From the IMG/VR virus record IMGVR_UViG_3300045988_177740: a stretch of DNA of 16,505 nt. One strand, written 5' to 3'. Made by a program: the position numbers and the translations under genes. Below are positions 7,374-12,201 of this stretch, piece by piece. The notes below the pieces were generated by a model, which saw nothing but the letters and a program-made list of their open reading frames with translations, was not told the DNA's origin and made no database searches. Each line of letters begins with the position of its first letter. Position 1 is the stretch's first letter. Source of the DNA: a virus.

Positions 7374-8429
7374 TTAAAACCTCCTTTTTAAATTGGGATA
7401 TAACCAGATCGGCATTTTATGCCGTTTTGGTTTCATTGGATGCGGCGGCTCCGGCGGCTCAGGTTGCTCTCCTTTTGCTAAGTACCGATATACCATCACC
7501 GCGTTGTTCAAACGTTCGGAATCAGATAAGTACCGATTCCCAACAATCCAATCGGTAATTGTAGAATCTTTCGCGTGTTCCGAAATAAAATTGAAACATT
7601 CATGTGACTTTTCCTGCCGGAACGACAAAGTACCATCGTCACTAATTCCCTCCCATCCTTTCATATAGGCGGAAGTCAGTGCGTTCAGATCTGTGCTGTC
7701 ACTGTGTAAAAACGCCTGCAGATTTCCGTAAGCACTGGCGGCTCCTACGGAATACCACACATTTTCATAGATTAAATATTCCAACTGCGCGTTACCATCT
7801 TCCCGGCTGTACCCGTTGGAATCTAACCATTGGAACAACCGCGTCCGGCGGTCGGTAGAGGAATTATCTGTCCACTGACCCAGACCATAACCGGGCGAAC
7901 CGACAATCGTGCCTTGCCATAACCCGGGGTTTACGGTTGACTCCTGCCAGAAGTTGCCGCAGATGGCGGAAATCACATACTGGCTGATACCGCTTTGTAC
8001 ATCAACCGGATACCGATAAAGATACGTCCATGCGCTATAGGGAGATACAAACGTATTGATAGATACCTGTCTTTCCAGTGGGTAGCTATCGGTATGCGCC
8101 CCCATAGTATACCCGCCGCCGTCTGCCGAGTCATATACCATTTCGGTATGCCCGGAACGCCACAAAATATCGCCTTTTTTCCAAGGCTGGTTTGCGGTTC
8201 CTTTTTGGAATCCCGCACCGATCAGATACCCGTCCATGCTCCGAGTGGTAAACCACGGGTTGCTTGCCAAAAAACCGCCGACGGTACAACAATAACTCAT
8301 AAGGGACGAACAATCATAGTACGTAATCCCTCCCACGGTCTGCCTCTCACGATACGTTTGGGAATAACCCACGTTTGGATCATTACAGATTTCGATACAA
8401 GTGTTGTAGGCAAGCGTCAGATCAGCCAC
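7374..8429 (-). CDS. Tail-associated peptidoglycan hydrolase: N-terminal Cys/His (Amidase_5 / NlpC-P60-like) domain plus C-terminal phage tail lysozyme-like domain
   Basis: GTG start with an AGAGGG ribosome-binding site 8 nt upstream. The N-terminus has GYSQTYR ... YYDCSS ... KKGDILWRSGHTEMV. The C-terminus has CGNFWQESTVNPGLW ... GYGLGQWT, which is typical of phage tail lysozyme domains. Its function parallels phi29 gp13. Confidence 0.7.
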   Translation of the reverse strand: MADLTLAYNTCIEICNDPNVGYSQTYRERQTVGGITYYDCSSLMSYCCTVGGFLASNPWFTTRSMDGYLIGAGFQKGTANQPWKKGDILWRSGHTEMVYDSADGGGYTMGAHTDSYPLERQVSINTFVSPYSAWTYLYRYPVDVQSGISQYVISAICGNFWQESTVNPGLWQGTIVGSPGYGLGQWTDNSSTDRRTRLFQWLDSNGYSREDGNAQLEYLIYENVWYSVGAASAYGNLQAFLHSDSTDLNALTSAYMKGWEGISDDGTLSFRQEKSHECFNFISEHAKDSTITDWIVGNRYLSDSERLNNAVMVYRYLAKGEQPEPPEPPHPMKPKRHKMPIWLYPNLKRRF

Positions 8430-9117
8430 GTGTCAGACCCTCTTTTGCTACGTATCCGGTATAAACAATTCTATTAACGATAGCTTTCACAAGATACCAT
8501 TCTCCGGTATAATATCCGTAGTTTCTAACACTTGTTCCGGCTGGCAATGTCAAAATGACCGTTTTGTCCATCCCCGCGCCCACGCGCAGATTATAACGAT
8601 CGTTGGTATGATAGGCTCCGGCTATTTTCCGGTCAAACCTGCGTGCAGATTCTGTTTTGGTACATCGTTCAATCACTTTTTGCGGCTTTTCGTCTACGGC
8701 TCCTGCATAACGATAGTGAACGGTATTCCCATAAGGCAGATCATAATAAGAGCGGATGCAGATTTCTTTTCCGGTCTGATCCCCCGTCTGACCATCAATC
8801 CCGCCGTTTTCAGACTGGCTTGCGTGGACAATCTGGGACGCATTGACCGACATCGTAACATGATGACCAGCCGCAAGGTGGATATCCCCGCGCCGCCACG
8901 GTTTCTCAGCTTTCACAAAACCGGAGCTTTCCAACTGTTTGCCGAGATTTCTAGTGGTACTGTACTGACTGACCGGAAACCCAGCTTTTGCAAGTGCCGT
9001 TCCGACAAATGATGAACAATCATAGTCCGGGTCATTCCTGTGTACCTGTGAGTAACCATGCCGATCATCAGCGGCGATCTGTTCCGCCCATGCAACTGCG
9101 TTTTCGATTTTACTCAT
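8422..9117 (-). CDS. Endolysin: Amidase_5 / NlpC-P60-like catalytic domain plus C-terminal SH3-type cell-wall-binding domain
   Basis: The ATG at 9117 follows AGGAGGTGG by about 8 nt and is preferred over the GTG at 9126. The catalytic domain has HGYSQVHRNDPDYDCSS ... RRGDIHLAAGHHVTM ... GDQTGKE. The C-terminus (YNLRVGAGMDKTVILTLPAGTSVRNYGYYTGEWYLVK) is SH3-like. The gene lies directly after the holin. Confidence 0.8.
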   Translation of the reverse strand: MSKIENAVAWAEQIAADDRHGYSQVHRNDPDYDCSSFVGTALAKAGFPVSQYSTTRNLGKQLESSGFVKAEKPWRRGDIHLAAGHHVTMSVNASQIVHASQSENGGIDGQTGDQTGKEICIRSYYDLPYGNTVHYRYAGAVDEKPQKVIERCTKTESARRFDRKIAGAYHTNDRYNLRVGAGMDKTVILTLPAGTSVRNYGYYTGEWYLVKAIVNRIVYTGYVAKEGLTRG

Positions 9118-9307
9118 TCTTTCCACCTCCTAAGTGCTGGCAAAGTGAATTAATCGCGGTTGTATTCGCTTCTACACTTTTCCGCAGTTCTTCCATTTCT
9201 TCCTTGTGGGCATCTTTTTCTTTGACCAGATACCAAAAAAGTGCGCCGCAACACACGATTGGAAAACCGAGACTGCCAATTAACTGCGTAACCATTGTTA
9301 CATCCAT
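9110..9307 (-). CDS. Holin (BhlA/UviB-like: one N-terminal transmembrane segment and a charged helical tail)
   Basis: 65 aa. A hydrophobic segment (LIGSLGFPIVCCGALFWYLV) is followed by KEKDAHKEEMEELRK. It has an AAGGAGGTGG ribosome-binding site, and its stop overlaps the endolysin start. Confidence 0.6.
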   Translation of the reverse strand: MDVTMVTQLIGSLGFPIVCCGALFWYLVKEKDAHKEEMEELRKSVEANTTAINSLCQHLGGGKNE

Positions 9308-9588
9308 ACGTCCACCTCCTTATCATTCCATTTCAACCAGTCCTCGATTTCACTTAATTTATCACACATAATAAAATTATGAATAAAGCGGACTGGCGAT
9401 TTACTGTTATACGCGTTGCCATCCATGAAAAAGAAATCCCACAAATACCGGATGTGAGACTCGTAATTTTCATTAGGGACAATGATCAACGTGTCTTTTT
9501 CGTCCTCTTTATAGCGTACCGTATAAGCAAGATAAGCATTTTCTTTTTTCATCATTCCGACAATCATATTAAAAACGATACTTGCCAT
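9298..9588 (-). CDS. Hypothetical protein (96 aa), first gene after the 9729 promoter
   Basis: The ORF track starts it at 9612, but the ATG at 9588 lies 5 nt after AAAGGAG (9600-9594). The ATG at 9612 has no ribosome-binding site and directly abuts the structured RNA. Confidence 0.6.
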   Translation of the reverse strand: MASIVFNMIVGMMKKENAYLAYTVRYKEDEKDTLIIVPNENYESHIRYLWDFFFMDGNAYNSKSPVRFIHNFIMCDKLSEIEDWLKWNDKEVDVWM

Positions 9589-9612
9589 CTTTGCTCCTTT
9601 CTTCCTGTCCAT

Positions 9613-9694
9613 TAAAACAAGGAAACCTTTTGACCTGCCAAGGACAGGGCGGTTTACTCAACCGTGGCAACCCCTTTTTAAAAGGTTTCCCCGT
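9613..9694 (-). ncRNA. Structured RNA element of about 80 nt: either a 5' leader or a small RNA (candidate pRNA-like or regulatory RNA)
   Basis: It starts just after the promoter at 9701-9729. The outer helix pairs 9692-9680 with 9631-9619 (11 Watson-Crick plus 2 G:U pairs). Two inner helices pair 9670-9665 with 9640-9635, and 9664-9660 with 9654-9650. The element is followed by UUGUUUUAAU. Confidence 0.4.
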
Positions 9695-9700
9695 ATTTTC

Positions 9701-9729
9701 ATGATACAGCTTTTTTATCCGTATGTCAA
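9701..9729 (-). promoter_or_regulatory. Strong sigma-A-type promoter
   Basis: On the minus strand: TTGACA (9729-9724), a 17-nt spacer, then TATCAT (9706-9701). It lies 25 nt downstream of the ATPase stop. Confidence 0.65.
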
Positions 9730-9753
9730 GTACATTTGTCCGTCTCCCACGAA

Positions 9754-10893
9754 CTATTTATAAAGATCAATCCCTAGTAACTCAACCGCCATATTCTTGC
9801 TGTCTAGATCGTCAAACCGCAAATATGCTTTGCGGTATGCGTCAACTAGATTTTCAAACAAATAATCATAGTGTTCCAACATAACCGTGTTTTGGGTATG
9901 ATCACCGTCCCGAAAAACCGCGACAAATTTACAAGACGGGTTATAGTTATGCGTAATATAGATGTACCCCTCTTCGTAATACTCATACACTCCATAACTT
10001 TTTCCACTATGCTCGATGGTGAACAGATACCGCGACCGTCCGGTCGGCTTTTGTACAAACACGGCATCATCAATCAACATCTGATCTCCAACACTCATGC
10101 TTTGCATATAGTGTCCGCCGCGGAATGCTTTCAAAGCAGTATTCTCCCACATGGCTTTACTGGCACTGTCATTGTGAGTAAACTCACACACAAAACCGCT
10201 CCCATGCAGCATTTTTGTTTCTTTCTGGTATCTCTTATGGATACCAAAAAATACAAAATAGGGATTGAGCAACGAAATATTATTGGATGACATTACCAGT
10301 TTAAACCATCGGGACTGACTTCCGTTTCCGCGGCTGATCGTCAATAGCAACGATTGCAGTTTTTCAGATTCCCCTTTTACGTATTGTCCGCTTTCCATGC
10401 TGAACTCGTCAAAAAACAAAAAGTAGATATCCCGAAAATACGGAGATAATTTTTTTACACTGTCCATCTTACTTCCAAAACTAAACGCGCATCCGAATGG
10501 CACGCCGTCCAGAAAATACCGCACAACATTTCCGTTTTTGTCCAGATTTTTATAGGTAATCACACTTCCTAATTTAGGATACATTCTTAGCATATCTTCG
10601 TACATTGCCGCCGCTCCCGTCATTTCCCCTTTCGTCCGGAAAATCCATCCGGTCTGCAATCCGTACTCTTTGCACAAGATACAGCTTGCCGCGGCGAACG
10701 CACTTGTCTTTCCGGCGCTACGGTTGGAACACGTAATTGCCACTCCAGCGAAATCCCCGTCCACGTCCGGCTCTGAAAACAACCGAATCGGATTGTAATA
10801 CTGAATCGCTTTCCCGTTATCGTCTACCGCTTCAAATTTCACATTATATTCAGCAAAAAGTTTTTCCCATTGAATATCGTTCCAAAAAATCAT
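9754..10893 (-). CDS. DNA packaging (encapsidation) ATPase, phi29 gp16-like
   Basis: 379 aa. It has a Walker A motif (SNRSAGKTSA) and a Walker B motif (IYFLFFDEF). The size and motif spacing fit gp16-type small-podovirus packaging ATPases. Confidence 0.85.
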   Translation of the reverse strand: MIFWNDIQWEKLFAEYNVKFEAVDDNGKAIQYYNPIRLFSEPDVDGDFAGVAITCSNRSAGKTSAFAAASCILCKEYGLQTGWIFRTKGEMTGAAAMYEDMLRMYPKLGSVITYKNLDKNGNVVRYFLDGVPFGCAFSFGSKMDSVKKLSPYFRDIYFLFFDEFSMESGQYVKGESEKLQSLLLTISRGNGSQSRWFKLVMSSNNISLLNPYFVFFGIHKRYQKETKMLHGSGFVCEFTHNDSASKAMWENTALKAFRGGHYMQSMSVGDQMLIDDAVFVQKPTGRSRYLFTIEHSGKSYGVYEYYEEGYIYITHNYNPSCKFVAVFRDGDHTQNTVMLEHYDYLFENLVDAYRKAYLRFDDLDSKNMAVELLGIDLYK

Positions 10894-10922
10894 TGTTTCA
10901 CGTGAAACATTTTTGTTTCACG
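10894..10922. promoter_or_regulatory. Perfect 16-bp palindrome TGTTTCACGTGAAACA (10894-10909) plus an extra half-site TGTTTCACG (10914-10922), abutting the ATPase start codon
   Basis: Read directly from the sequence. An identical 20-nt element recurs at 14300-14319. The only ribosome-binding site (GGAGGG, 10928-10923) lies 29 nt from the ATPase ATG. Confidence 0.5.
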
Positions 10923-10980
10923 CCCTCCTTTCTTCTTTTTTCCCGCTCCGCGTTACCACGGTTATCTGAATCTCTAACGT

Positions 10981-11043
10981 CCCGCCAGTTCCCCGCCAGC
11001 AAAACCGCAGACAATCTCACGTTTATCGCACGATAATCGCACG
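10981..11043. promoter_or_regulatory. Direct repeats phased at 11 bp: CCCGCCAG twice and ATC(G/T)CACG three times
   Basis: CCCGCCAG occurs at 10981-10988 and 10992-10999. ATCTCACG occurs at 11014-11021, and ATCGCACG at 11025-11032 and 11036-11043. Every spacing is exactly 11 nt. Confidence 0.45.
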
Positions 11044-11088
11044 TTTTGATTGCAGATGGACGGCGGGAAAGGCAGAGCTACGCTGGGT

Positions 11089-11123
11089 ATAAAAAGAGCT
11101 ACGCTGGAAAACGTAGCTCTTTT
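11089..11123 (-). terminator. Rho-independent terminator downstream of the 139-aa gene
   Basis: The minus-strand RNA reads AAAGAGCUACG-UUUUCCAG-CGUAGCUCUUU followed by UUAU. The stem is 11 bp with an 8-nt loop, and the U run reaches 5 when the stem Us are counted. Confidence 0.7.
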
Positions 11124-11141
11124 ACACGTATGGAATGAAGT

Positions 11142-11170
11142 TTTATAATACAAGATATAGTAACAATCAA
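11142..11170 (-). promoter_or_regulatory. Weak candidate promoter just upstream of the 11089-11123 terminator
   Basis: On the minus strand: TTGATT (11170-11165), a 17-nt spacer, then TATAAA (11147-11142). The context is AT-rich, so this could be a chance match. Confidence 0.25.
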
Positions 11171-11235
11171 CTACAGGTAACATAAATACTCAAGTTACCG
11201 TCCGCCAGTCGGGGCGCGTACCCAGTTCATGGTAA

Positions 11236-11655
11236 TTAAGCAAACGGATTAAATTTTTCCGTATCGCCGAATTTGTGTACATTTACCGCGGAAAGGTAAG
11301 CTGTGAATCCCTTGTCGCGGCGGAACTTGCTTTCTCCGATGGAAATGAACAGGTCTACTACTGCGCCTTTACCCAGTTCGGAAACACTGGAAACGGTTTC
11401 GCTCTCTACGCCGTCCTCGTAAAAGTCAACGCGGTAATTGGTCTGCGCTTTCACGTACAAACCAGCTTCGGAGGTTTCCTTTGCAGGAATCCATTTCGCT
11501 TCTGCGGCGGCATCTTCCCCGAACTCCTCGATGATCTTTTCAAAGATTACTTTCTGCTGATCGGCAGAGATAGAAGCGGAAAGAACGCTTTTGCCGTCTT
11601 CCTCTTTTGCGTATTTAACAGTTACGTTGTTTAATTTCATTTTAGCTTTGCTCAT
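11236..11655 (-). CDS. Hypothetical protein, possibly a ssDNA-binding protein (functional analogue of phi29 p5); the function is tentative
   Basis: 139 aa and acidic, with an AAAGGAGA ribosome-binding site. It sits in the replication block and is followed by its own strong terminator, which suggests abundant expression. The C-terminus (FGDTEKFNPFA) is aromatic. No diagnostic motif was recognised. Confidence 0.35.
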   Translation of the reverse strand: MSKAKMKLNNVTVKYAKEEDGKSVLSASISADQQKVIFEKIIEEFGEDAAAEAKWIPAKETSEAGLYVKAQTNYRVDFYEDGVESETVSSVSELGKGAVVDLFISIGESKFRRDKGFTAYLSAVNVHKFGDTEKFNPFA

Positions 11656-11757
11656 GATTTCGTTCTCCTTTTTGATTTAATTTGTTATGCAGAACCGAGG
11701 CGCGTTGCTTTGATCGGTTACGTCTTATCTGGACTATTCCAGACCGCGGTTGTGCGC

Positions 11758-11991
11758 TTAGTCCAGTCTTTTTGCTTCTGCAAAAAACTGTTCATCCGGC
11801 ATTTCGTAGCGGGCGGATACGGTGTCGATTAAGACGCAAACGGAATCTTCCGGCAGTCCTGCCGAGATGACAGCATCTTTTTTGGCTTTCTGCGATTTTA
11901 ATTCTGAGTCAGAGTCAAAACAACCGAGTTCCTGTCTTGTTTTTCTGTCAATGACGGCGTACTTCCATTTTTCGATTTTTGTTCTAACCAT
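11758..11991 (-). CDS. Hypothetical protein (77 aa)
   Basis: AAAGGAGA ribosome-binding site 6 nt upstream of the ATG. It is the first gene after the 12036-12064 promoter. Confidence 0.65.
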   Translation of the reverse strand: MVRTKIEKWKYAVIDRKTRQELGCFDSDSELKSQKAKKDAVISAGLPEDSVCVLIDTVSARYEMPDEQFFAEAKRLD

Positions 11992-12035
11992 GATTTTCTC
12001 CTTTTCTTTCTGTGGTTTTCTTCTTTACAAGTATT

Positions 12036-12064
12036 ATAATAGCACTGTTCTATCAGAATGTCAA
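12036..12064 (-). promoter_or_regulatory. Strong sigma-A-type promoter with an extended -10 element
   Basis: On the minus strand: TTGACA (12064-12059), a 17-nt spacer, then TATTAT (12041-12036). A TGc precedes the -10 box, giving TGCTATTATAAT. Confidence 0.65.
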
Positions 12065-12069
12065 TGCTT

Positions 12070-12192
12070 TTAAATAAGAAAAAGAAAAAAGATATCCATA
12101 AATAAAAGCAGAATAGCAAGGTCTATTTCCTCTTCATGCAAAGCACAGAACGTTGCGATTAAAAGTAACATAAAAAAGATAAAAAATCTCAT
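12070..12192 (-). CDS. Candidate 40-aa hydrophobic miniprotein, absent from the ORF track
   Basis: My translation is MRFFIFFMLLLIATFCALHEEEIDLAILLLFMDIFFLFLI, ending in TAA at 12072-12070. The ribosome-binding site AGGAGA overlaps the polymerase stop (TAGGAGAATAAAATG). The protein has two hydrophobic segments separated by HEEEID. Confidence 0.4.
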   Translation of the reverse strand: MRFFIFFMLLLIATFCALHEEEIDLAILLLFMDIFFLFLI

Positions 12193-12201
12193 TTTATTCT
12201 C

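Noticed and set aside
9619-9692. Possibility that the 72-nt structured element is a tRNA
   Set aside because: It has no cloverleaf. The candidate T-arm has a 5-nt loop without a TTC-type motif. There is no 7-bp acceptor stem with a discriminator or CCA context, and the outer helix is 13 bp.
10894-10909. Possibility that the palindrome TGTTTCACGTGAAACA is a CcpA cre site or LacI-family operator
   Set aside because: The half-site orientation and spacing do not fit the cre consensus (TGWAANCGNTNWCA). The resemblance is limited to TGAAAC-type half-sites. It is kept as an unassigned operator or RNA element rather than given a named regulator.
10974-11183. 69-aa minus-strand ORF in the ATPase-upstream intergenic region
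   Set aside because: It has no ribosome-binding site and spans the terminator hairpin and the direct repeats. The region is better explained as regulatory DNA.
11898-12119. 73-aa minus-strand ORF spanning the 12036-12064 promoter
   Set aside because: It has no ribosome-binding site, crosses the promoter and runs into the 5' end of the 77-aa gene in another frame. The 40-aa ORF at 12070-12192 has much better start signals.
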